The notes beneath the pieces were generated by a model that worked only from the letters and a program-made list of their open reading frames with translations, searched no databases and was not told the DNA's origin. Shown in pieces: positions 48,726-61,370 of a stretch of 64,000 bases of DNA. The first letter of the stretch is position 1, and each line of letters begins with the position of its first letter. Source of the stretch: Octopus sinensis (taxonomy: Eukaryota); contig NC_043006.1 in NCBI RefSeq assembly GCF_006345805.1, positions 54,064,001 to 54,128,000 on the forward strand, read 5' to 3'. The position numbers and the translations under genes are program-made.

Positions 48726-48872
48726 GGTTCATCATTTAGCGGGTCACACTACTAACCAAAATAAAAATCAAGTAATTTTTCGTTTGGGTGCTCCATTTAG
48801 AGAGTTCTATGGGCCGCATACAGTCGCCAGATTGCCGATCTAGAATGTGACAGGTGAAAAGGTTAAATGAAG

Positions 48873-48948
48873 TGCTGCATGATCCAGGAATCGAACCCAC
48901 GTCCATAAAATTGCGAGGACAACACTCTAAACACTAGGCCATACGCCT
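48873..48948 (-). mobile_element. SINE-C head
   Basis: Sense tggcctagtgtttag...gggttcgattcctgg. Confidence 0.6.
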
Positions 48949-49129
48949 TTACAACGTATTAGATACTTTTTATCAATGTGAGGATGTTATCTTGTAGTGC
49001 CTTGGTTATTAAACCAAGACAGTAGCAAAGTAGTCTTTATTGAAGCAATATATTGGGGTTGGTCTTCAATGAACCCATGTGAAGATTCTCTTTAACGGAT
49101 CCCTTATTTTAATATATATTTTATCTTTT

Positions 49130-49492
49130 TTATCCATCTTTTACTTGTCTCAGTCATTAGATTGCCGCCGTGTTGAATTTTAGTCGAACCTATCAACCCA
49201 GCACTTATTTTTTTAAAAACTGGTACTTACTCTTTCGGTCATTTTTTGCCGAGACGCTAAGGTACGAGGTCGTAAACGCAGCGACATCGATTGTCAAGGA
49301 GCAATGGGCAACAGACACAGACACAAAGGCACATGCGCGCGCGCGACGGGATACTTTCAGTTTCCGTCCACTAAATCCACTCACAAGGCTTTGGTCGGCC
49401 CAGGACTGTAGTAGAAGAACTAGCCCAAGGTGTCACGCTGTGGGACTGAACTCAGTATCTTGTGGACGGGAAGCAAGCTTACCATACAGTCA
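49130..49492 (-). mobile_element. SINE-A, diverged
   Basis: All modules recognisable. Confidence 0.8.
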
Positions 49493-50014
49493 CGTCTGTC
49501 AATATTTTCACGTTGAAGACAAAGCTTTGTGCCATCGCTTAAAGCAGTATCCCAGCGCGGGTTGCTTGCTCCATTAGTCTGTGTGTGGAAATATTTTGGT
49601 TAAGTGTGGATTATTTTCGAATGAGGTGTAAGAAGTCAATAACACTTGCAATAAAGTTTAGACATACATACATACATGTATATGTGTGCGTATAGATATA
49701 CATAGTATATCTACACGCACACACAAACACACACATATGCTGCACACTTCGTTCATTCTCAGTGGGGCACGCATGTTTTTTTTTTTTTTGAAGATACGAA
49801 GTGGGGCGTGGGATAAAAGATGTCTGAGAAACACAAATTTAAAAGAAATGAGATCACATGAAGTCAGAGCTCGTTCGCTCGAACACGGGCCGCAGATGTG
49901 ATGACTTAAAGAAAAAGAATTAAAGAACATTTAATTGATCGTAGTGTCTGTGCGATCAGGATTCAACCCAGGGCTAAATACAACCACCACTATCACCGCC
50001 ACATCACCGCCACC

Positions 50015-50045
<31 letters not shown>

Positions 50046-50568
50046 GTCCCGTTGAATCAAATGAAAACTGCTGTAACTTGATTTTTCAAAGGAAGTTAAG
50101 AAAAAGTGATGCTCTATTTTCTGTCTACATCAAAAGAGGTTCCAAACAGGAAAATGAATTTAAAAAACAAAAATATGTTAACGTATCCGGTGTTAAACGT
50201 CCACTAGACTAAACTGTGAGTTAGCTGTGTCTTGCTTCACCCACTCATTCCAATATGATGACCCCTTTCATTGTAAGAGGAAAGTAGTTATTTAGAACAT
50301 GAGTGATGAATACCTTACGTCGTTGGCCTCAAATTTAACGACATCTGATACTCTTTGCCATCAACGATATTTTGTTACAAATTACCAAATAAATTCACTA
50401 CTTTTCTTCAACTTCATTGATTTTTTCCATTGAGTTCAATCATTGTTTAATGTACTACACATACATACATACATACATACATACATACATACATACATAC
50501 ATACATACATAATTACAAACGTACATGCATACATATATATACACACACACATATATACATTGCTATAT

Positions 50569-51023
50569 ACTCTTTCTCTTTTACTCTTTTGTTTCAGTCA
50601 TTTGATTGTGTCCATACTGGAGCACCGCCTTTAGTCGAGCAAATTGACCCCAGGACTTATTCTTTGTAAGCCTAGTACTTATTCTATCGGTCTGTTTGCC
50701 GAACCGCTAGCTTACGGGGACGTAAACACACCAGCATCGGTTGTCAAGCGATGTTGGGGGGGGGACAAACACAGACACACAAACATACACAGACACACAG
50801 ACACACACACACGCACACAGACACACACACATATATGTATATATATACACATACATATATACGACGGGCTTCTTTTAGTTTCCGTCTACCAAATCCACTT
50901 ACAAGGCTTTGGTCGGCTCGAGGCTAAAGTAGAAGACAGTTGCCCAAGGTACCCTGCAGTGGGACTGAACTCGGAACCATGTGGCTGGTAAGCAAGCTAC
51001 TTACCACGGCCATTCCTACGCCT
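50569..51023 (-). mobile_element. SINE-A, full length
   Basis: All modules present. Confidence 0.92.
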
Positions 51024-51098
51024 ATACATTGAACAAAATATATATATTACATACATATATATTACATATACATATACATACATATATATATATATATA

Positions 51099-51318
51099 TA
51101 TTTCTTTACTACCCACAAGGGCTAAACATGGAGAGGACGGACAAACGGATTAAGTCGATTATATCGACCCCAGTGCGAAACTGGTACTTTATTTATCGAC
51201 CCCGAAAGGATGAAAGGCAAAGTCAACCTCGGCGTAATTTGAACTCAGAACGTAGCGACAGACGAAATACCGCTGAGCATTTCGCCCGGCGCGCTAACGT
51301 TTCTGCCAGCTCGCGGCC
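51099..51318 (-). mobile_element. SINE-B, full length with a short tail deletion
   Basis: Head, core and tail present. Confidence 0.9.
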
Positions 51319-51335
51319 TATAATATATATATAAT

Positions 51336-51392
<57 letters not shown>

Positions 51393-51406
51393 TATATATT
51401 AATATA

Positions 51407-51495
<89 letters not shown>

Positions 51496-51512
51496 GATAT
51501 ATATATATATTA

Positions 51513-51540
<28 letters not shown>
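51319..51540. repeat. (TA)n microsatellite
   Basis: Direct inspection. Confidence 0.97.
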
Positions 51541-51543
<3 letters not shown>

Positions 51544-52548
51544 TAGACACATGCGCGCAGACACGTCCATCTATATACGTTGAACAACATATGTATGTAT
51601 GTATGTATGTATGTATATACACACAAAATCACATACACACACACACCCCAGGACGATTCGCGAAAGGAAATTCATGCCCAACATACTTCTGGTTTGTTTT
51701 CTATCGGCATTGCTCTTATTTTATTTTATTCTACTTTACTTATTTGTGTTTTATTTCATTCTATTTTCCTTCCACTAGATTGAATACTTAAGCTGTCGCA
51801 CGCTATTTCTGCGGTGCGTGTCTGAAAAAGTAATCCAACAAAGGAAAAGAAGAAAGAATTATAAGAATCTGCCTAGAAATAACCAGCTTCGGGGTTCTCT
51901 GAGGAGGGTCAACTAAGTGGAATCTAACAAGGTCTAGTGAATTTAGCCAGAAAAGTTAGCAAGTAGAGGACAAAACCATGCATTCAGTTATCGTTTCCTT
52001 CTGAACTGATTTAACTTGTAATATATACGCGTTGGCGTAGCAGGAGATAGGCGAGTAGAAGCAATGGGAAGGGACAGGAGAAGGAAGGTGTGAGGTTAAA
52101 GCCAATACCTTGTATCCGGGGTTTAAGTTGAAACGAAACAAGAGATAACTACAAGCTGTGCCCTATATTATATTGTATAAAAAAATATTTATTTATTTAT
52201 TTATTTATTTGACCATTTTACTTGCTAGGTTCAAACATTAACATCCACGTACGAATTCTTCGCGAACAAACCCAGTGAAATCTCTTTCTTCTCTTTCTCT
52301 TTCTCTCTTTCAGCTTTCCCATCTCCTTTCCACGTCTACCCCATCCTCAAACACTCCCCTTTCCGACACGCCACCCATTCTCCTCCTCCATCCCCAACAC
52401 TCTTCTCTTCCCTCTCCCTCTCGATTAAATCGATTCAGGCACCACACAAAATAGGGTGCAGCTGCAACTAAACCAACTTCGTTTTTTTTTTTTTCTTGTC
52501 TTCTTTTTCATGCCATATCTACGAAGAAAAATTCTTCAAACATACATA

Positions 52549-54184
52549 CCGTGTTTCCCCGAAAACAAGACCCAGTCTTATAATTAATTTTGCATCCCAA
52601 AACTACACTATGGCTTATTTTCGGGGATGTCTTATATTTTTGTGGAAAAAATCCAAGAAAGACAAAAAAGTCTCATGTCCTCGTGTAAAAGGAAAGAACT
52701 GTAAAAAGGAAACCCATGTTTTTAGTTATCAAAAGTTTACTTATTTGCTTATTGTTTTTAGTCAAGTACAAACATTTTGTCCTCTTCTGGAATGTCATGA
52801 ATCATCAAACCCCTAACTTCAGACTGGATTTCTTGCAAATCTATTTCCTGTAGAATCATGAACCCCAATCTCTCATGTTTGACAATATAACTTTCCTTAA
52901 ATGTACACTTTTTGTCCAAGTGCCCTACTCGTAGTGCATTGGCAACGCAACTGTCAGTAATTTTATTCCATGAATTCTTCACCCAATTTACAATTTCTTG
53001 GAAGTTGGGTTTGACAAAGTTTCCACACTGATTTCTCTCCATTCTATGTTCGATATATTCATTCACTTCCCTCCGCAAATAATCCTTGAGGGAATTGTTT
53101 GTTACAAGATCTAATATTTGTAGATATGAAGTCATTCCCGTGGGAATCGTTATGTGGTCAATTCTTCTTTCAGAAAGGAAGGTTTTCATATCTTTTGTGT
53201 GATGAGTACTGACCGAATCCGAAACTAAGAGACCTCTTTGAGAACCAAGTGGCATAGTTAAATCAGCCCATTTTCTTATAACATCTTGTGTGCATCAAGT
53301 CTTTTCCATTTCAAGGACATAAATGCCTGAAACTTGTTCTATTTTCTCTTTTTTGCCCTTTGTTCCATCAAAACGTGTTGCTAAAATACAAGTAACTCTT
53401 GCACTTTTGTAACCCACCGATGCAACGTAGATTGACGAGGCACCTGTCTGTTCAATTGTCATTTTAGATCCTTGGACCGCAAATACTGCAGTCTCATCCA
53501 TAACAATTATACTGGGGAGATTGTATTTAGAAAAGTCGATGCCATCAACAAATGCAAGTGCACGTTGAATTACTTCAGCATCCTCTAGCTTGAACAGTGT
53601 TGTCAATCTTCTTAGAGAGAGAGAGAGCTCATATCGCCGAAAGAAATTATCCAACCAATGAGGTGATGCTTTGAATATCTCTGGGAGTATATCCAACTGT
53701 GGTACCATTGCAAAAGCAAATTCTTGAATATCTGCCCTGCGTACAACCAAAGCCTTTGTTCTTCTGTCAGCAATCCATCCCGAGGCGATATCTTCCAGCT
53801 CCGAAAATAACGGTTATCGACCTGATACACACTTGTGCTTCTTAGCACTTCCCTCATCCACATGTCTGCTGAGATTATCGTACTCTGTTCACCATTTTCA
53901 AACCATTCGGAGATCCAAACTCTTCTCCTTACAGAAAGCTGTAAGATTCTTGTTATGTGACTCTTCCACGATTCCTTTCTTGTACTCCACGAAATAACTC
54001 TTTCTTTTTGCACTCATCTTGCCTAGGGGACAATGGAGTCAAGCTAAGGGAGTCAGCCCCGTGCATGCGCGCTCAACGCGGACTTTAGCCAAGTTGCGGT
54101 AGTTGGTTTATTTTGCAAACATCACATGGTCTTGCTAACAAGCTGATGCCTTTTTGGCTAGGTTATATTTTCCAGGAAACACGG
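52549..54184 (-). mobile_element. pogo-family (Tc1/mariner) DNA transposon, near full length, decayed
   Basis: TA|ccgtgtttccccgaaaa ... ttttccaggaaacacgg|TA TIRs enclosing transposase remnants. Confidence 0.9.
52758..54017 (-). pseudogene. pogo (POGK-like) transposase, frameshifted
   Basis: MSAKRKSYFVEYKK (N-terminal HTH), FKASPHWLDNFFRRY (CENP-B HTH), MDETAVF, SARVTCILA, LLVSDSVSTH, IPTGMTSYLQILD (DDE_1 motifs); split over three frames. Confidence 0.88.
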
Positions 54185-54190
54185 TATATA

Positions 54191-54236
<46 letters not shown>

Positions 54237-54359
54237 TGTATGTATGTATGTATGTATGTATGTATGTATGTATGTATGTATGTATGTATGTATGTATGTA
54301 TGCATGTATGTATGTATGTATGTATATATATATATATCCATTACTAAGTATATATATAT

Positions 54360-54520
54360 TATTGTATCTGGGGAGAGTCATTCTCTTTAAGTTCCTGATT
54401 ATTTAACACACTCACCGGTTCGATTACCATTCATTTATTATTTTTTTTCTAAAATTTTCGTTACGTCTTGCAACCTTTTGAACTGTCGTTGCCTCTGCCC
54501 GTCATCCGAGGTGCGTTCTT
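54360..54520 (-). mobile_element. Second copy of the 30.7-kb hammerhead-like repeat
   Basis: TTCAAAA G GTTGC aagac GTAAC GAA AATT T; 3' end abuts a TA-rich tract. Confidence 0.45.
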
Positions 54521-54693
54521 TTTGTTTGCTTGGTTGAATGCATGTGTGTGGGTCAGTGTGCGTGTGCATACACGTTTGTATGTATGTGTGTATGTATGTA
54601 TGTATGTATGTATGTGTATGTATGTATATATATATATATATGTATGCATGTATTCTGCATAGTCATGTGTTTGTTTGTTCCTGTTTGTGTGTT

Positions 54694-54786
<93 letters not shown>

Positions 54787-54897
54787 ATGTGTGTTTGTGT
54801 ATGGGATTTTGTGATCGAGACGCATTCAGATATGCACACACAGAGGTATACACATACACACACACACATGCAAACACACACACAAACACACAAACAC

Positions 54898-54931
<34 letters not shown>

Positions 54932-54934
<3 letters not shown>

Positions 54935-55098
54935 GCGCAGGAATGGCTGTTGGTAAGTAACTTTGTTTACCAACCACATGGTTCCGGGTTCAGTCCCACT
55001 GCGTGGCAGCTTGGGCAAGTGTCTTCTACTATAGCCTCGGGCCGACCAAAGCCTTGTGAGTGAATTTGGTAGACGGAAACTGAAAGAAGCCCGTTGTA
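54932..55098 (+). mobile_element. SINE-A head and core monomer
   Basis: aggcgcaggaatggctg...gaaagaagcccgttgtatata. Confidence 0.9.
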
Positions 55099-55299
55099 TA
55101 TATATATGTATATATATATATGTTCAAACACTTCCAACGTGTACTAAATAACGATGTTTTTCCACTAAACATCCTACAAATGCCAATTGTGTCCGTGAAA
55201 TTTATGTCAGAAACTTTTTTAGGCAATATAATGTTACAGTATTTTTCGTGCTCTGTCGGCGCCAGTTTCCCAGTTTCCTCAAAATTAGACGCGTTTTCA

Positions 55300-55530
55300 T
55301 TTCGTCAGTCCAGTTTTGACGAAAACCCATTAAAAATCTCGACGAAGATTAATATCCAGGCGTAAAGAAATCAGATCAAATGTAGCAATGGAAGACGAGT
55401 TGATCGCGTGAAAAACAATGAACGCTTAGGCCTGTCTGTAGTGAAACGAAGAGGCTAAATACTGCAAGAAGAACCGGTGTCAACCATGAAGAGTTTCTTA
55501 GACACCAAATCTTTTATGAAGAATGCACGA
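55300..55530 (-). pseudogene. Retroviral-type aspartic protease remnant
   Basis: FIKDLVSKKLFMVDTGSSCSI*P (DTG at 55481-55473), then AINSSSIATF..LRLDINLRRDF*WVF after a frameshift. Confidence 0.8.
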
Positions 55531-55630
55531 TGAATAGAAAATGAAGAGGAGGAAGCTGAATGGCTTAATTCCTCCGAGACTCATTTCCCGAAGACTTAAA
55601 ACTACAAGGCTGAATACAGATGTGAGCTTT

Positions 55631-56356
55631 TTATGCAACTTTCTTATGGTACCAACACAGACCAGAGTGAGAAGAAGAGGAATCGGTCGTGCGTGAATGG
55701 GACCGGCTCCGATTTCGACGGCACGAAGAGTTGGAGCGTCTTCTCCAAAGCGCGTCCATTCGGCGTGTTAAGGCATCAAGTCTATCCAAAATATCGTCCT
55801 GTGAGGACGAAGATGCAACGGAGGAAACCTCTGAACAGGAGCAGACATGGCGAGGTGCTGGCTGGATAGCAAGTTCTAGAATCTTGTCAGCCATGGTAGC
55901 AAGTTGATCCACGGTGTTAGTTTCAACCGCTGTGGTCAAGATGGTTTGCACATTGGGAGGTAACTGGGAGAAGAAAAGTTTCCGTAAAAGCGAGTTGTCC
56001 CCAGTCGTGTCACTGAACTCACGGAGATGCCGTAAAAATTGAGTCGGCGTCTTGTCACCTAACTCTTCATCTTGCATAAGTTGTTTAAATTTAGACTCCG
56101 CAGATTTCGTGTTTCGGCGGAGAACCTCAGATTTGACCCCCTCGTACGTCGCATCCGGACGAGGATCAGTTATGAGATCCCTGACTGAAGGAGCGAGTGG
56201 TGCAGGAATACTACAGAAGAGAAGATTCAATTGTCGCAACGGGGGTACATTATGTGTTGCAAAATATGCCTCCAACTGAGCGAACCAAAGTGAGACGTCA
56301 CCAGTATACAAAGGGAGATTAGGAAAACTCTTTTTTTTTGTTTTGTCTTCTGTCAT
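55631..56356 (-). pseudogene. Ty3/Gypsy gag (DUF7041-like) with premature stop inside the Cys/His knuckle
   Basis: LWFAQLEAYF, EELGDKTPTQFLRHLRE, LFFSQLP, LATMADKI, CWYHKKVA*KAHICIQPC: the knuckle continues in frame past the TAA. Confidence 0.85.
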
Positions 56357-57761
56357 AGGAGAAAAGAAATGGACAAAAAACCAACAAAATGTGTTGTTGG
56401 AAATAATAGTGTGTGTGCGAGAAAAAAAATTTTCCGAGCAAAATTTATAGAATTGTGTACTAAATGCACAGACAAGAAAAAAATTTCGTCGCTAAACATT
56501 TTTTTTCTCTATTTTGTTTTCTTTCAACACAAAAAAAAATGCGAAAAGAAAAACACTGTAATGATGTGTGTGTACTTGTACTTAATAAATATCTTTTTTT
56601 TTCTCTCTATTTGTCAGTTAAAAAGGTCGCCAGAAAGTGGCGCGCGACCAGTAAAATTCTATTTCCATGTGAGGCAATTCAAATATGGCGGCAGGAACGA
56701 TAACTTGAAGGTGATGGTCGTCTTGCTAGAAGTTGATGGACGGCGGGAATTGGAGCCATTGGTGTGTTTACCAGTCGAAAGCGAGTGAAAACTGTCACTC
56801 CGTGATTCGGCTAAGCCATTTTATAATGCGATGACAACTTGTGGCTTTCGAAAAAAAAACCTTTTCTACGTCAGGGGTCACCATTTTTAATAATGGAAGG
56901 CAAGGTTTATGATATAGGAGGAATATCATCTCCTTCCATCATTCATCTTATTCTTTATGTAGTTCAGGGTTTCGGCAGGCGAAGAGAAAAGACTTCAAGT
57001 ACAACTGCTATTTGCAACTGGTTTATTTACAAGAAAGGTGAAGTGTGCTGCTCTCAGCTACCATCTTAAGTTCCGATAGAGTGGGTGCATTGCCTCTGGA
57101 GATAGACAGGCAGAAAATCTCTGCCAGTGTTGGTGTTCAGCCAGTGCTGCTGTGTAATGGCGCCGAAGAAGAGACAGGTCTGAATCGGTTTTCTGTCTAT
57201 ATCGTTTCCATCACGAGCCTCGTTGTAATCTCGCGCATGGCTAAATGGATGCAGGTGAGGTCTCGCTCCAGTCTCGGAGATGGCAATGGCTGCCGCGAGA
57301 TCTCATCCAATATGGCGCTGGCTGCTTGTGCCGCAACAATATCCTCGTCGCCACTGTTGTAATGTGGGTCATTGTCCACTTGTATGTTATTGTCGGGGCT
57401 ATAATATTCTTGTCGCCACTATTATGTTGCGGCGGTATTCCGCACCTTATTATCTTTGACTCGTCTATCGTGCTATCGCTGATAGACCGCAAGACAATGA
57501 CCTTGAAAAAATCTACCTTGATGCAAACTCGAACTTGTATATATCATGTAATTGACTCCAGCAGAGAACTGGTACAACGACTCTACTACTTTTGACTTCC
57601 TACAACGACTAACTGTCTGACTTTATAGTGGCTACTTTGTCACGTGGGAAGGGAGTACCATTTTCACTACAACAATACAAAAATACAGTTTTATCGTATT
57701 TCTAGAACAAACATTATAATGCGACAATTATCAGATTATGCAATCCGCTATTAAATTGCAT

Positions 57762-57980
57762 TAAGGCGGTGAGTTGGCAGAAACGTTAGCACGCCGGGCG
57801 AAATGCGTAGTTGTATTTCGTCTGCCGTTACGTTCTAGGTTCAAATTCCGCCGAGGTCGACTTTGCCTTTCATCCTTTCGGGGTCGATAAATTATGTACC
57901 AGTTACGCACTGGGGTCCATGTAATCGACTTAATCCCTTTGTCTGTCTTTGTCTGTCCCCTTGTGGGTAGTAAAGAAATA
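57762..57980 (+). mobile_element. SINE-B, full length with 13-bp TSD
   Basis: TSD tattaaattgcat at 57749-57761 and 57981-57993. Confidence 0.95.
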
Positions 57981-58029
57981 TATTAAATTGCATAGAGAGA
58001 TAGCTTGTAAGCTTCTATTTTAATTGCGA

Positions 58030-58250
58030 TTCAGTGAAAATCCGGGTTATATGTTTCCGGAGCTGTATAAATTAGTTCTGTCAGGTGTTTATTGATAAGG
58101 ATAACACGACTTTTTGACTTGACAAATTTTATTACTGGGTGCAGTAATACTTATATCAGCACGATAGCACAATACGCATTGACAATACTTACAATATGCA
58201 ACAATATCCGGCAATTTTTTGTTTATATTTTTAGTAATTAGGCATTTTTC
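58030..58250 (-). pseudogene. Possible RLE endonuclease remnant (R4-like)
   Basis: LPDIV....ADISI...K resembles the RPDIV...D/E..K RLE motif; heavily degraded. Confidence 0.3.
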
Positions 58251-58605
58251 AAACTTGTATTTTACATCATTACATCTAGAGACGGTAATAATCAAAAACC
58301 GAATCGATTTATAAGCAAGAAACTGGAATTGGTAGTACCAGTATCTAACTTCCAATTAGGTACTGGTGTTTCAGTGACAAGAGTTTATGAAGAGGATGGT
58401 GACAAGAGTTTATGAAGAGGATGGTGGCAAGAAGCAAATAATGTTGGACAAATGTAATTTATTCAGTAACGTCTGTGATGTAGAGACTCAAAAAGGTTCC
58501 CTGGCAACATAAACATATAAGTGTAAGAAGCATATATTGCGATATGTTGCATCAGATAAATGAATAATAAAGAACAATATTAATGAATTATTAGTATGAT
58601 CATTT

Positions 58606-58665
58606 AATGGTGCTCCAGCATGGCCGCAGTCAAATGACTGAAACAACTAAAAGAGTAAAAGAGTC
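58606..58665 (+). mobile_element. Isolated SINE-A / CR1-type 3' tail
   Basis: ggtgctccagcatggccgcagtcaaatgactgaaacaactaaaagagtaaaagag. Confidence 0.8.
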
Positions 58666-60448
58666 ATTACAATATAAAAAATACAATTTCTTCGGTAGTT
58701 TCTGAGTACACAGCTGGTTTATTGTTACCGTAAATAAATTGTCTTTAGTTCCATAGTCCATTGTGTATGCCAGCTTCATCTCTGTGATTCCTAAAGAAAG
58801 ACAGAGTAATAAAGTCTAGATAAGTAGACAGGGTGATAAATTTACTTTTGCGCTTTGATCAGCATACTGAGAAAGTTGCCCTTTGACCAGAGACGGGTCG
58901 ATCCAAAGAGAGAGAGAGAGAGAGAGCTATTTGGCTTCACTTATTTATATTGTTCGAAAGCAAATTAAGTCAGGCGAAAGCAAAGACTTTCTCCTCTCTA
59001 ATTAGCTTTGACCGATGAATGCCTTGAGAAAGATCAAGAGGTCAACTTATTCTCATAAATTTCTTAGTGCCACAGGATAAAACAATAGGCCGAGAACACG
59101 TTGTGAATTAGTACACGGAAAAAGGAACAACTACCAATACAGTTCAGCGCTAATGTTTTCGCAAGAACTTTTCCTGTTTGAGGAGGGAGGTCAGCGCCAA
59201 TACCCTCTGTTGCATGGCCTATGACAATGATGAGTGGAAAGAGAGTAATAAAGGGCAACTCCTGAGTTATTATCTCACGGGAAAGCAAGTCAGAATTCAT
59301 GCAACAGTGTGGACTTACCAAAAGGCACTCAATGGCCATATGGGACTGTTAAACTGATCTATGCGTTAAGTCTACCAGCCACAAACAAGTACAGTTCATC
59401 TGATGAAATTGTGCAGTTTCTGCTTATCCAGTTTCACTCAAAATACTTGGGGTGAATTAAGGCTATATAGAAAACACTCGCTCATTTTGTCTTGAATTGC
59501 GTGATTGATAAGTGAGACGGCTCGGACCTGTTGAATGCAGTGTGTACCTGACACTTACTTTCCTGTTAGATATTCAGTGACCAGCTGCACCGAAGTTAGC
59601 GACAGGCTGCAGGATAAAAAAAAAATTCAGACATCTTGAAGAGATACACACCAACCGTTTAAGCAATATGCTCACAATATACAATTTTTTTTTTTGTTTG
59701 GTTGGAACATGTTACATTGCTATACAAGGCTATATGTCTTTCACCCGTTAAACATGTTGAAGCATTTCAGCAAAATCTAGATTTATAGCTAAAACATTAA
59801 ACGTGAGATATGCGTTAACAAAGAAATATTGTAATTTGTTTGGAATGCGTATATTTTTTCTGGAGTGGCAACAGAGTTGTCGAGAAGTGAATACTTTCTG
59901 AGAAGTTTCCTACCGAACGTTGTTCGCTTCTAAGCACAACTTTGGTTTATTATTTTTGGCTATCGTTGTACGGCAGATACTAAGTCATACCATACGGCAC
60001 TCAAAAGCTGAAATGGTCTTCCTGAGAACGACATTGTTTTGTAGTATCTTTTCTTTAGGATTTATTGAAATTGTTTTGTTTTTGTTTTTGTTTTTTTTTT
60101 CATTTGGAGAATTCAAGCTGGCTGATTTACCAAGTGGCAAGACTCTTTTGTTGCAGTTAAGACAAGTGTTGAGAGTTTGTGATTGTCTGAACCGGTTCAT
60201 GAGTGTGTATGTGCATATTTGTGCGTTTCGCTTTGGTATAAGGGCGCTTTTCACCTTTTATACTTTAACAGACAAATGCTTGTACTTTGCTCTTGTGTGT
60301 GTGTGTGTGTGTGTATGCTGATGCATTCCTCATGTATATGTGGATGCGTGTATAAGTTTGGTCCAGGAATGTCCTACGGGGTTGGTGTCCCGGAAGCATT
60401 TTACATGTTTTTCATGTTTAGAATGAGAAACTTGTATGTATGTAAGTA

Positions 60449-60662
60449 CTCTCTCTTTACTCTTTACTCTTTTACTTGTTTCAGTCATTTGACTGTGGCC
60501 ATGCTGGAGCACCGCCCTTAGTCAGGCAAATCGACCCCAGGACTTATTTTTTGTAAGCCTATTACTTATTCTATAGGTCTCTTTTGCCGAACCAGCATCG
60601 GTTGTCAAGCGATGTTGGGGACAAACACAGACACACAAACATATACACACACTTACATACAT

Positions 60663-60737
<75 letters not shown>

Positions 60738-60926
60738 ATATAATATATATATATACATATATACGACAGGCTTCTTTCAGTTTCTGTCTACTAATCCACT
60801 CACAAGGCTTTGGTCGGCCCAAGGCTATAGTAGAAAACACTCGCCCAAGTTGCCACGCAGTGGGACTGAACCCTAAACCATGTGGTTGGTAAGCAAGCTA
60901 CTTACCACACAGCCACTCCTGTGCCT
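60449..60926 (-). mobile_element. SINE-A, full length with a short deletion
   Basis: All modules present. Confidence 0.92.
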
Positions 60927-61154
60927 GTATGTATGTAATTTATGTATGTAGGTATGTAGGTAGGTAGATAATATTACGTCTGATGACGTAAGGTAAGGAG
61001 TGCACACAATTAGAGCTCAGGTTGAGCTGCTATCTAAACTGCAATTTGAGCTGCAACTCAAATATATAAACATCATATGCAATTAAACTATATAAATCTG
61101 ACTTAATACCAGATGTTAGCCTGTTTATCCTTTTATTCTGCTATGTATGTATGT

Positions 61155-61370
61155 ATCTTCTATTTCCCTTTTTAATTTGGAGTAAATTTTGACTCACTGC
61201 CCACTTGGTAGCAAGGTTGTGAAGGAAAGCATCTTGTTTCGTTCATCATCCTTTAAATCTTCAGGTCTTGTAGATTTTTATAGTCCCAGATATCGTGATC
61301 ATTTGTAGTGTATGAATTAAGGATTTGCGTTCTCTCCCCAAGAATCCAAGTTCAGTCATACTTTGCTCCT
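61155..61370 (-). pseudogene. R4/Dong-like RLE element 3' end, 5'-truncated, flanked by (ATAC)n
   Basis: LGFLGRERKSLIHTLQMITISGTIKIYKT; homologous to 14480-14670. Confidence 0.6.

Larger units (their letters stand above)
55100..57671 (-). mobile_element. Ty3/Gypsy LTR-retrotransposon remnant (LTR-like segments, PBS motifs, gag, protease)
   Basis: gag ORF, protease motif, PBS TGGTGACCCC at 56883-56874, TG...CA-bounded segments upstream; no RT or integrase seen. Confidence 0.75.

Noticed and set aside
51790-52160. Possible Penelope RT remnant (SPISCYANAYI)
   Set aside because: A single weak motif; the other RT motifs are not recoverable.
58377-58428. Two-unit tandem duplication of about 24 bp
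   Set aside because: A simple local slippage duplication with no further structure.
59160-59355. Protein-like open frame RKNFSCLRREV...GHMGLLN
   Set aside because: No recognisable domain, no start or splice context, and a length expected by chance.
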